From Candidatus Bathyarchaeum sp. (GTDB lineage Archaea > Thermoproteota > Bathyarchaeia > Bathyarchaeales > Bathyarchaeaceae): a stretch of DNA of 41,900 nucleotides. The stretch lies in contig JAOZIF010000165.1 of NCBI GenBank assembly GCA_026014495.1, forward strand, positions 1 through 41,900. Direction: 5' to 3'. Shown here in pieces: positions 24,496-33,120 of this stretch (positions are counted from its first letter, which is position 1; every line of letters begins with the position of its first letter). Made by a program: the position numbers and the translations under genes. The notes below the pieces were generated by a model, which saw only the letters and a list, made by a program, of their open reading frames with translations, ran no database searches and was not told the origin of the DNA.

Positions 24496-26217
24496 TTGAA
24501 GCTGCATAAAAAGACACTTGTCCTTTTAGGCGTAACATTCACAACTTTGATTATAATACAATATGCTGCGTCACAACTGGTTTTCTTAAACAGTTTCGCC
24601 ACACTTGAACAACAAGATACAACTCAGAACGTTGAACGCGCAATTAACGCCCTAAATGCTGACGTGAATAATCTAGATGCCTTTGTTTACGATTGGGCGG
24701 CATGGGATGATACATACAGTTTCATCCAAGATATAAATGAACAATATATCGAGTCGAACCTCGTTGATGAAACATTCATCGGTTCAGAACTCAATCTCAT
24801 GGTATACGTTAATTCTTCAGGTGAAATCGTTTACAGTAAAGCCTTTGACCTTGAGAACGAAGAAGAAACAGCTGTTCCAGAAAGTATTCAGCAATACCTC
24901 ACAACCAACACGGCGCTGTTACAACACAGTAAAACAGACAGCACTGTGAAAGGACTTTTGCTTCTTCCTGAAAATCCAATTATACTTGTTTCAAGACCCA
25001 TAATAACAAGCACAGATGAAGGCCCAATTCTTGGTTCACTAATTATGGGATACTATCTAGATTCCACCAAAATCAATGAATTAGCCAAGACAACCCAGTT
25101 ATCAATTGAAATTCAGCAACTTGACTCACAAGTAACCGCTGATGTTCAGGAAGCAATAGCATCTATAACAGATGAAGAACCGATTTTCATAAAGCCCATA
25201 AATTCTGAACATGTTGCAGGGTACACCATAATTAAGGATATTAATGGTGAAGCAGGTCTAGCGCTGAAAGTAGAGTTGCCCAGAAACATCTACCAGCAAG
25301 GCCAAAGCACCAGCATCTACTTTATGATTATAGTATTAACCACAAGCATAATCGTTACGGCAGTAAGTATGATAGGTTTAGCAAAAGGCGTGCTGTCAAG
25401 ACTAACCCAATTGAGCACAAGCGTCAAAGGCATAAGTTCACAGCAGAACCCTGCGAAGCGCGTAACAGTAACAGGAAAAAATGATGAAATAACAGATCTT
25501 GCTGACGAAATCAACCGAATGCTTGCAACCTTAGAGCAGTCTCAGGATAAACTACAAATCACCAATGAAAAGCTGAGTGTTGTTGGCAAATTAACTAGAC
25601 ATGACATTCGAAACAAGCTTTCTGTCATTGTAAATTACGTGTATCTGGCTAAACAAAAAGTAGCAGGCAACTCTGATGTCACAGCCCATTTGGATAACAT
25701 TGATTCAACCATTGACCAACTTGAAAGCATCCTTAATTTCTCAAAAACATATGAAGCAGTGGGCGTGGAAGAGCCTTCATACATAGAAGTAAAAGGGTTT
25801 GTTCAAGAAATAGTCATGTTTCTTGGATTAAGTAATATAAAATTCGTGAATGAACTCGACGGCTTAACATTATTGGCTGATTCTCTGTTGCGACAAATCT
25901 TCTTCAACTTGATTAACGACACTTTGAAGAACGAAGAAAAAGTAAACCAAATCCGAGTTTACTACGAAACGGGAAAAGATGAACTAAAACTGATTTATGA
26001 GGATAATAGCAGTGGAGTACCAGAAAATGAAAAAGAGCTAATCTTTAACGAAACATACGGAAAAGACACAGGCTACGCTTTATATCTTACAAGAAAAATC
26101 TGTGAAGCCTACGGATGGTCAATCCAAGAAACAGGCAAACATGGAAAAGGCGTCAAATTCGTTATTACAATACCTAAAATAAACAAAAATAAGAAACAAA
26201 ATTACCATATAAAGTAA
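24496..26217 (+). CDS. CHASE4-HAMP sensor histidine kinase-like protein with degenerate ATP-binding boxes
   Basis: TM, DWAAWDDTY (CHASE4), TM, HAMP (NDEITDLA), H-box RHDIRN, HATPase-like C-terminus. Confidence 0.85.
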   Translation: MKLHKKTLVLLGVTFTTLIIIQYAASQLVFLNSFATLEQQDTTQNVERAINALNADVNNLDAFVYDWAAWDDTYSFIQDINEQYIESNLVDETFIGSELNLMVYVNSSGEIVYSKAFDLENEEETAVPESIQQYLTTNTALLQHSKTDSTVKGLLLLPENPIILVSRPIITSTDEGPILGSLIMGYYLDSTKINELAKTTQLSIEIQQLDSQVTADVQEAIASITDEEPIFIKPINSEHVAGYTIIKDINGEAGLALKVELPRNIYQQGQSTSIYFMIIVLTTSIIVTAVSMIGLAKGVLSRLTQLSTSVKGISSQQNPAKRVTVTGKNDEITDLADEINRMLATLEQSQDKLQITNEKLSVVGKLTRHDIRNKLSVIVNYVYLAKQKVAGNSDVTAHLDNIDSTIDQLESILNFSKTYEAVGVEEPSYIEVKGFVQEIVMFLGLSNIKFVNELDGLTLLADSLLRQIFFNLINDTLKNEEKVNQIRVYYETGKDELKLIYEDNSSGVPENEKELIFNETYGKDTGYALYLTRKICEAYGWSIQETGKHGKGVKFVITIPKINKNKKQNYHIK

Positions 26218-26233
26218 CCAGCCGACACGAAGA

Positions 26234-26575
26234 TTACGACCTAATCATTATCAAAAGCATCTTGAACCGTTTAGTTGCCTTCAACGCATGGGGCTTGTTT
26301 GCAGGCATTACCACCATTTCTCCAGTCTTCAACTGAGCAGAACTACCAGATATTGTCACTTCAACTTCACCATCCAAACTATAAACCAATGCATCAAAGG
26401 GCGCCGTGTGCTCACTAAGTCCTTGCCCTTCATCAAATGCAAACAAAGTTACAGTTCCAGCTTCTTTGTCAACTATTGTTCGACTAACCACAGAGCCTTC
26501 TTGATAATCAATCAAAGATGCAAGTTTTGTTGGGTGGTCAAAAACAGTCTCAGTTCCTGTTTTGTTTTCTTTCAC
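26234..26575 (-). CDS. Cupin domain protein
   Basis: SEHTAP...LDGE...MPANKPHAL. Confidence 0.85.
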   Translation of the reverse strand: MKENKTGTETVFDHPTKLASLIDYQEGSVVSRTIVDKEAGTVTLFAFDEGQGLSEHTAPFDALVYSLDGEVEVTISGSSAQLKTGEMVVMPANKPHALKATKRFKMLLIMIRS

Positions 26576-26611
26576 TATTGTTTCACCTCGTTGCCAGTGA
26601 ATTTCAAATGG

Positions 26612-26932
26612 TTAGCCTTCTTTTAGGTGGCACTTTCCACCTGTTGGACAGAATTTTTCAGCATGATTCTCAACGGTTTTGAACAGTGCTCCAACAGTTT
26701 CTTTGTTAACAGAGTAGATGCGCTTTTTTCCGTCCCGTTTGATGTAAACAAAGTTGCATTCAAGAAGAGGTTTAAGGTTATGCGAAACCATGCTCTGCTC
26801 TTGTCCAATGGATTCGGCGAGCTCGTTTACGCTCATTGGTTGATTCATCAACTGCTCAAGTATAGATAACCGTGCAGGATTTGCCAGATTCACAAAGAAC
26901 CTGTAGCATGTTTCGCTTAACCCCTTTTTCAT
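26612..26932 (-). CDS. ArsR/SmtB-family regulator
   Basis: LANPARLSIL, SVNELAESIGQEQSMVSHNL, C-terminal FCPTGGKC. Confidence 0.88.
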   Translation of the reverse strand: MKKGLSETCYRFFVNLANPARLSILEQLMNQPMSVNELAESIGQEQSMVSHNLKPLLECNFVYIKRDGKKRIYSVNKETVGALFKTVENHAEKFCPTGGKCHLKEG

Positions 26933-26951
26933 AGTTAATCCAACGCTGTTT

Positions 26952-28592
26952 TTAGGCGAGTATTGCTTTAAGGTCTTTCTCTGCTGTGGTTATAGGCATG
27001 ATATTGAAGTTTTTCACCAAGACATCAAGTACATTAGGTGATACAAAGGCAGGCAAACTTGGTCCCAAACGAATATCCTTTATTCCCAAATACAGCAGAG
27101 TCAATAGTATAGCTACAGCTTTTTGTTCATACCAAGAAAGCACCAATGACAAAGGAAGCTCGTTCACGCCAACTCCAAACACGTCCGCCAACGCCACAGC
27201 CACTTTTATCGCAGAGTACGCATCGTTACATTGTCCCACATCAAGAAGTCTAGGTAATCCTCCGAGGGTGCCCAAGTCTTTGTCAAAGAACCTGAATTTT
27301 CCACACGCTAAAGTAAGAACAATTGTGTCTGCTGGAGCTTTTTCAACCAGTTCGGTGTAGTAGTTTCTTCCGGGCTTTGCTCCGTCACAGCCTCCAACCA
27401 ACAGTATGTGTCTAAGATTCTTGTTTTTTACCGCCTCAACAACCTTGTCTGCAACACCCAAGATTGTGTTTCGGGCGAACCCAACCATCACACTTTTTCC
27501 ATCTGTGTCTTCGGGGAATCCCTGTAGCTCCAACGCTCTTTCTATTACTGGAGTGAAATCTTTGTCAGCAATATGGGGTACGCCTGTCCAGCCAACAAGA
27601 CCAGTAGTGAAAATGTTTTTGGTATAATTGTCTAGGGGACGTTGGATACAGTTTGTGGTCATCAGGATTGCTCCAGGAAACGCTTTGGATTCTTTTTGCT
27701 GATTTTGCCATGCAGTTCCGTAGTGACCATAAAAGTGGGGGTACTTTTTTAGTTCAGGGTAACCGTGGGCGGGAAGCATTTCTCCGTGCGTGTAAACGTT
27801 GATTCCTTTGCCTGCACTCTGTTTGAGTATGATTTCTAAATCTTTGAGGTCATGTCCAGAAACAAGAATAGCTTTGCCCTTTTTTGCACCCAAGGGAACT
27901 TTGGTCGGCACTGGATGACCATACGTTCCAGTGTTTGCAGCGTCTAGAAGTTCCATTGCACGTAAGTTTATTTCGCCACATTTGAGAACCATCCTGACAA
28001 GGTCGTTTACAGTAAGGGATTTGTCAAGAGTTGCTGCGAGTGCCTCATGTATGAATGAAAATACTTTGGTGTCTTTTTGTCCTAGAATGTATGCGTGGTC
28101 TGCGTATGCGGCAACGCCCTTGATTCCGTAGATTAGAAGTTGCTGAAGAGAATGAACGTCAGGGTCTAGGCTTGGGTCTGATTTTACGCCTACCAGTTTG
28201 CCCTGTTCTACTAGTTCGTTAACCGTGTTTTTTGGGACAAAAGTTACGGGGTCAGAAAGTACTATTGTTGCTCCTGCAGTTTCAGCCTTTTTTCGTAGTG
28301 AGTCTCGATGGTGTGCAGCTTTTTTGATTAGGCTTACGAATCTGTCGGGGTCAAAGTTTACGTTTGTGAGTGTTGAGAATAACGCTTTACATGTGAACAT
28401 GTCTGTTTCTTCGTCTGCTATTTTGTGTTTTCTGGCTTGTGTGGCTACTTGTGAGAGCCCTTTTAGTGTGTATATTAACAGGTCTTGTAGTGCTGCTACG
28501 TCTGGGCTTTTTCCACAGATGCCAAATTGTGTGCATCCTTTTTCGTTGGCGGTTTGTTCGCATTGGAAACAGAACATTTGTTTTTCGCTCAT
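26952..28592 (-). CDS. hcp: Hydroxylamine reductase / hybrid cluster protein
   Basis: MFCFQCEQT...GCT...CGK, SGHDL, HGEM, TTNC, GGCDG, LACG, GQCND, WYEQKA. Confidence 0.95.
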   Translation of the reverse strand: MSEKQMFCFQCEQTANEKGCTQFGICGKSPDVAALQDLLIYTLKGLSQVATQARKHKIADEETDMFTCKALFSTLTNVNFDPDRFVSLIKKAAHHRDSLRKKAETAGATIVLSDPVTFVPKNTVNELVEQGKLVGVKSDPSLDPDVHSLQQLLIYGIKGVAAYADHAYILGQKDTKVFSFIHEALAATLDKSLTVNDLVRMVLKCGEINLRAMELLDAANTGTYGHPVPTKVPLGAKKGKAILVSGHDLKDLEIILKQSAGKGINVYTHGEMLPAHGYPELKKYPHFYGHYGTAWQNQQKESKAFPGAILMTTNCIQRPLDNYTKNIFTTGLVGWTGVPHIADKDFTPVIERALELQGFPEDTDGKSVMVGFARNTILGVADKVVEAVKNKNLRHILLVGGCDGAKPGRNYYTELVEKAPADTIVLTLACGKFRFFDKDLGTLGGLPRLLDVGQCNDAYSAIKVAVALADVFGVGVNELPLSLVLSWYEQKAVAILLTLLYLGIKDIRLGPSLPAFVSPNVLDVLVKNFNIMPITTAEKDLKAILA

Positions 28593-28614
28593 ATTATCTC
28601 ATCCACAACATATA

Positions 28615-28630
28615 ATGAATTAATTTTCAT
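28615..28630. promoter_or_regulatory. Probable ArsR/SmtB-type operator upstream of hcp
   Basis: ATGAA-TTAATT-TTCAT (TGAA-N6-TTCA core), between a minus-strand TTATATG TATA box near 28645-28651 and the hcp ATG. Confidence 0.6.
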
Positions 28631-28742
28631 ATGTGTTATCTTTCATATAAGCTGTTCGGTCAACAAAACAAACAGCAAAAACAGTACATAAAACAAAACA
28701 CCAATCACACCACGAAAACAAAACACACTAAACTATACACAA

Positions 28743-30509
28743 CTACAAGTAAGCTTCCGAAGCGTACCTTCGCATCATCCTGTGACTGTTAAAATAGTAC
28801 GCAACCTTCCCAATCGAATTCTCCATCAACTGAATCCAATCATCCCTGTTCCGATAAAACGTCGGAATAATCAGATACTCCAGCTTGTCATACAACTGAG
28901 TAACCTCACGTCGCCTTCGCTCAGCCTCTTCTAAGTTTTCTTTCGGCGAAGGACCAATAGCCCAACCAGTGACACCCTCAATACAGCCCTCAACCCACCA
29001 GCCATCCAAAACACTAAAATTAATCACCCCATTATGCGCCGCCTTCATACCGCTTGTGCCCGAAGCCTCAAACGGCGGAATAGGAGTATTCAACCACACA
29101 TCCACACCAGAAGTGAGCTTAGCCGCCATGTCAAGACCATAATTTTCCAAGTATACAACATTCATTACGTCATTTAGTTTTTCTTTCATTTCATGAATCT
29201 CTTCGATTAACCGCTTCCCCATCCAGTCCCTCGGATGAGCTTTGCCCGCAAAAACCACCTGCAGCTTACCCACATTATTGATTTCTTCAAGGCGCTTCAA
29301 GTTTGAAAACAACAAAGTAGCTCTTTTGTACCCAGTAAAGCGGCGCGCAAAACCCAACGTAAGCACATTAGGGTCAAGCTGGATACCCGACTGTTCACGA
29401 ACATAACGAATAAGATTTGCCCTCGCTTCCATGTGGGCGCGCCAAACTTCTTCATCAGGAATTGTGTCAACGCGGACAAGCAACTCAGGCTCGTTTGCCC
29501 ATCCGGGTAAATACTTGTCATAAAGCCTCCTAAAACACTCACAAGTCCACGTAAAAGAGTGAACACCATTAGTTATAGCCGAGATGTTGTAGCCCGGAAA
29601 CAGTGTTAAAGAAAACTCTTTGTGCCGTTTTGCTACTCCATTCACATACTTGCTGGTGTTTAGTGCCAGACGGGTTAGATTTAGTTGGTCTTCTCCGCCA
29701 AGCGCCTTCATTGTTTCAAGAGGAATAATGTCACCCAACAAATCTTGGACAACACTGTATGAGAACTTGTCGTGACCCGCCTCCACTGGAGTATGAGTTG
29801 TAAATATGCAAAGGTCTCGTACACTGTCCAACTCTTTTCCATTTTTTGTCAACAACTCCAATGTAAGAAGACTGGAGTGTCCCTCGTTCATGTGATATTT
29901 TCCAACAGAAAACCCTGCGGCATCAAGCATTTTCACGCCGCCAATTCCCAAAACAATTTCCTGCTTAAGCCGATAGTCTCTGTCGCCGCCATACAAGAAA
30001 GAAGTGATTTCTCTATCTTCTGCAGCGTTGCCTTCAACGTCAGTGTCAAGAAACAGAACAGAAACCAATCCACCGCTGGGACTCTGGTAATCATAAAGCC
30101 AAGCTTTCACTTTGACAGGACGATTTTGTATACTCAACTCAACTTGCGTTGGCAACTCATTCATCAATGTGGAGGGCGTCCAATCGTCAGGGTGCTCAAT
30201 TTGTTTTCCATCCTTAATTTCCTGCCGCAGATATCCTTTACTGCTAACAAGAGTAACCCCCACCAACGGAATCTTAAGGTCAGCACTGGACTTGATCACA
30301 TCACCAGCCAATACACCTAAACCGCCACTATAGGTATGAATGTCATTGCTCAGCCCGATTTCCATAGAAAAATATGCGATTTTTTTCCCCCGCAAAAAAG
30401 CACGCTTACAGTATTCGCCACAGAAATAGTAGGTTCTGCCCCTCACGTCAGCCTTGAATTCGTCCTTTGGCTCAGTTAAAGGCAATCCACAAACGGGGTC
30501 TCTAATCAT
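28743..30509 (-). CDS. glgP: Alpha-glucan (glycogen) phosphorylase with N-terminal YHS/TRASH domain
   Basis: YSGGLGVLAGD, EASGTSGMKAAHNG (PLP lysine); N-terminal DPVCG...YYFCGEYC. Start at ATG 30509 after a GAGG RBS rather than 30545. Confidence 0.92.
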   Translation of the reverse strand: MIRDPVCGLPLTEPKDEFKADVRGRTYYFCGEYCKRAFLRGKKIAYFSMEIGLSNDIHTYSGGLGVLAGDVIKSSADLKIPLVGVTLVSSKGYLRQEIKDGKQIEHPDDWTPSTLMNELPTQVELSIQNRPVKVKAWLYDYQSPSGGLVSVLFLDTDVEGNAAEDREITSFLYGGDRDYRLKQEIVLGIGGVKMLDAAGFSVGKYHMNEGHSSLLTLELLTKNGKELDSVRDLCIFTTHTPVEAGHDKFSYSVVQDLLGDIIPLETMKALGGEDQLNLTRLALNTSKYVNGVAKRHKEFSLTLFPGYNISAITNGVHSFTWTCECFRRLYDKYLPGWANEPELLVRVDTIPDEEVWRAHMEARANLIRYVREQSGIQLDPNVLTLGFARRFTGYKRATLLFSNLKRLEEINNVGKLQVVFAGKAHPRDWMGKRLIEEIHEMKEKLNDVMNVVYLENYGLDMAAKLTSGVDVWLNTPIPPFEASGTSGMKAAHNGVINFSVLDGWWVEGCIEGVTGWAIGPSPKENLEEAERRRREVTQLYDKLEYLIIPTFYRNRDDWIQLMENSIGKVAYYFNSHRMMRRYASEAYL

Positions 30510-30562
30510 AAACAAAAACCTCTCAACGCACACCTTGCAATACAATCATGGACATAAAATAT

Positions 30563-32161
30563 TCACTTTTTCTTCCTCTTTAAGGTTCTAGACTCTGAAG
30601 CAGTAATTTTATTCAACTGAGCTAACCTTCTTTCAACTATTCCAAGAACCTTCTTGCGCAGAGCCTCACCTTTCAACTTTCTGTTCAAACTGTTAACCGT
30701 TGCAATCTGGTCAGCCAACAGTTCATCGCCGACAACCTGACTTAGCCAGCGCTCAAAATCGCCCCTTTCCATATGAAACAAAATAGCGCTTACATCAATC
30801 ATCTTTAGCGCCGAATAAAACTCGTTTAAGCTACGAACAGTCAAACCAGAAGAACGGGCAAACTCGTAAGAGAACGTGAATCCCATCCCAGCAGGAAGCC
30901 GCCTTAGCAATCTTTTTGCCGCCAACTCGGGTTTCTCAAGTTCTAAGCGGATTCTGGCTTCAAGGTCAGAAAGAATACGAGAATAAACAGCAAAAGCTTC
31001 CACGGGGCTACCCATGGAACTAAAGTAATTGTGCACATCTCCAGGTCCGCCACCTTTTATGCTAAGATAGTACAGGTGGTCGCTCAGTTGCAGGTAACGC
31101 CACAGCCTAACCAAGTCTTTGTCGCCGATTCCCTTAACCAGCAGTTCCAGTTCCTTCAAAGAATCGTAACAGATGTTTTGAATCGGATTACCAATCCATG
31201 CGCTGGCATCTCGTTCAATGTCTGCCCACGAAACCGTGCTGTATTCATGAATATCAACTTCGCCTACTGGAGTATGCTGTTTAATAACTTCAGAAGGTGT
31301 TCTCCAATTCAGGTGATGCCACTTGTTTACTTCGTCGGGTAATGCTCTGAGGAACTCATGTATTCCACCTTCTGGCCAGTGGTGTTCCCCAAAGGTTTCA
31401 TAGTCAACAAAAACAACTATAACCTGTCCTTGGGTTCCAGCTAACCAGCGCGCATATTTTGTAGCATCCAAAGGATACTCATTCCAGCCTGTGGAGGAAA
31501 AACGAAACCCTATATCGTCAGAAAGGCGGTAATTGCGCAACAACACACGAAAATCAGAGTCTTTGGCTTTGTAAACATAGTTTGGGCTTCGCCCACGCAG
31601 AGTCTTATCGATGCCTTCAGTGACAGTGCCCTTGTAGCCTAGTTGTTCCATGGTTTTGGCGATGGCATTATTGTAGAGCAGTTCAGTGTTTTCAATAAAG
31701 GTTGGCTCATAACCAAACAGCTCTTTCATGAGTTGTCTGTGCATTTTGACTTGTTCCACAAACTCTGAACGGTCATCTCCATAAAGACTGGCCAAAGAAT
31801 GATAGTAAGTTTCTTCCATAAATTCGACGCAGCCAGTTTCGGCGAGTTGCTTGAAGGACTCAATGAGGCGGGGACTCCACAGTTGGCACTGCTCAAGAAA
31901 GACTCCTGATATGCCGTAGGTTACTTTGAACGGTTTTCCTGTGCTCTTGGTTTTGTTGATTTGCTCTAAGATTATCTGGTTTGCGGGAAGGTAGCATTTT
32001 CGTGCGGCTCTCTCGAAAACGTAACGATTAAGCCCATTATCAAAATAGAGGTCAAAAAGGTCTTTAGTTGTTAGTTTTTCTTTGAAAAGCAGGTCTGAGT
32101 GAAAGTTTCGGTTCAGCCTGAAGGGCTGGTGAACCTCAAACATTAAACAAACATCTGTCAT
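30563..32161 (-). CDS. GH57 alpha-amylase with C-terminal DUF5752-like domain
   Basis: FEVHQP, ETYYH, ENTE nucleophile, DYETFGEH, SDHLYY; C-terminal FHMERGDFERW..VVGD. Confidence 0.9.
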   Translation of the reverse strand: MTDVCLMFEVHQPFRLNRNFHSDLLFKEKLTTKDLFDLYFDNGLNRYVFERAARKCYLPANQIILEQINKTKSTGKPFKVTYGISGVFLEQCQLWSPRLIESFKQLAETGCVEFMEETYYHSLASLYGDDRSEFVEQVKMHRQLMKELFGYEPTFIENTELLYNNAIAKTMEQLGYKGTVTEGIDKTLRGRSPNYVYKAKDSDFRVLLRNYRLSDDIGFRFSSTGWNEYPLDATKYARWLAGTQGQVIVVFVDYETFGEHHWPEGGIHEFLRALPDEVNKWHHLNWRTPSEVIKQHTPVGEVDIHEYSTVSWADIERDASAWIGNPIQNICYDSLKELELLVKGIGDKDLVRLWRYLQLSDHLYYLSIKGGGPGDVHNYFSSMGSPVEAFAVYSRILSDLEARIRLELEKPELAAKRLLRRLPAGMGFTFSYEFARSSGLTVRSLNEFYSALKMIDVSAILFHMERGDFERWLSQVVGDELLADQIATVNSLNRKLKGEALRKKVLGIVERRLAQLNKITASESRTLKRKKK

Positions 32162-32459
32162 GGTTGACCACTAAAGCCAAAGTAGAACATTAGAACACTA
32201 ACAATTAACTTTGAGGTTCTGGGCATCAATTTTCCCATCATCAGACTATATGTTAAAGGAAACTACCGTGTAAATAAGTAAAACGAAAAAACAGCGATAT
32301 AAAGAGTTTTAATACCAAAGCAAACAACCACAACAATTGTTCTTTTTTGCTAAAAAACGTCAAACATAAATGTTTATCATCCAGAAACATTGTCATATTA
32401 TAACATAATGAATACTTTCGTTTACATTTTGTCAAGAAATAAGTAAAAGGCGGTTTTGG

Positions 32460-33029
32460 ATGAGCAAAAGCTGTGAACCAATAAAGAAAAGGGAATACAA
32501 AATCATTGGCAAGTTGAAAAAACACATCTCATCCTTTTTTGGCTCTTTAAAACCTTCACGAAAAACACTATTACTTGTAGTAATCGTGGCCATAGTATCC
32601 ATTGCAAGCAGCACTTTAATCAGCGTTTTATTAATTCATTCAAATCCTGAAATCTACGTGCCAAGTCTTGGAACAATCAAAACAATTGAAGTTGAAGCGT
32701 ACGAGGACGCAAATTGTGGAACTGCAAAAGAAATGTTTGATTGGGGAGAACTCATGCCCGGAAACATATCGACTCAATTAGTGTATATCAAAAGTGTCAG
32801 TAATTTTGTAGTGACACTAAACCTTAACTTAACGGATTGGAGCCCACCAGAGATTTCAGAATACATAACAATAACATGGGACTACAATGGAACAACACTC
32901 AAGCCTAACGATGTTATTCCAATAGCAATAACTATTTCAGTTTCGTCTTCAGACGGTTTCATCAATTATCTTGTGCACAACCAAGTTACACAATTCAATG
33001 TTGACCTTCACTTCATTGCTTCTGAATAA
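32460..33029 (+). CDS. Membrane-anchored or secreted protein with DWG/WDY domain
   Basis: Single N-terminal TM; YEDANC...FDWGELMPG...DWSP...WDYNG; paralogous to 1647-2735. Confidence 0.7.
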   Translation: MSKSCEPIKKREYKIIGKLKKHISSFFGSLKPSRKTLLLVVIVAIVSIASSTLISVLLIHSNPEIYVPSLGTIKTIEVEAYEDANCGTAKEMFDWGELMPGNISTQLVYIKSVSNFVVTLNLNLTDWSPPEISEYITITWDYNGTTLKPNDVIPIAITISVSSSDGFINYLVHNQVTQFNVDLHFIASE

Positions 33030-33120
33030 AAGACAGCTACACGTTTTACAATGGTTACAACATACCCAAAATCGTCAGGGCACCAAAAAGATGAATTGAT
33101 AAAAAACAAACTAAACTTAG

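Noticed and set aside
28198-28623. 141-aa antisense ORF, and similar short antisense ORFs over FTR, HDAC, PQQ, ABC and GDE genes
   Set aside because: All lie inside well-supported genes and have no recognisable motifs.
29772-30333. 182-aa and 73-aa antisense ORFs
   Set aside because: Shadows of the glycogen phosphorylase gene.
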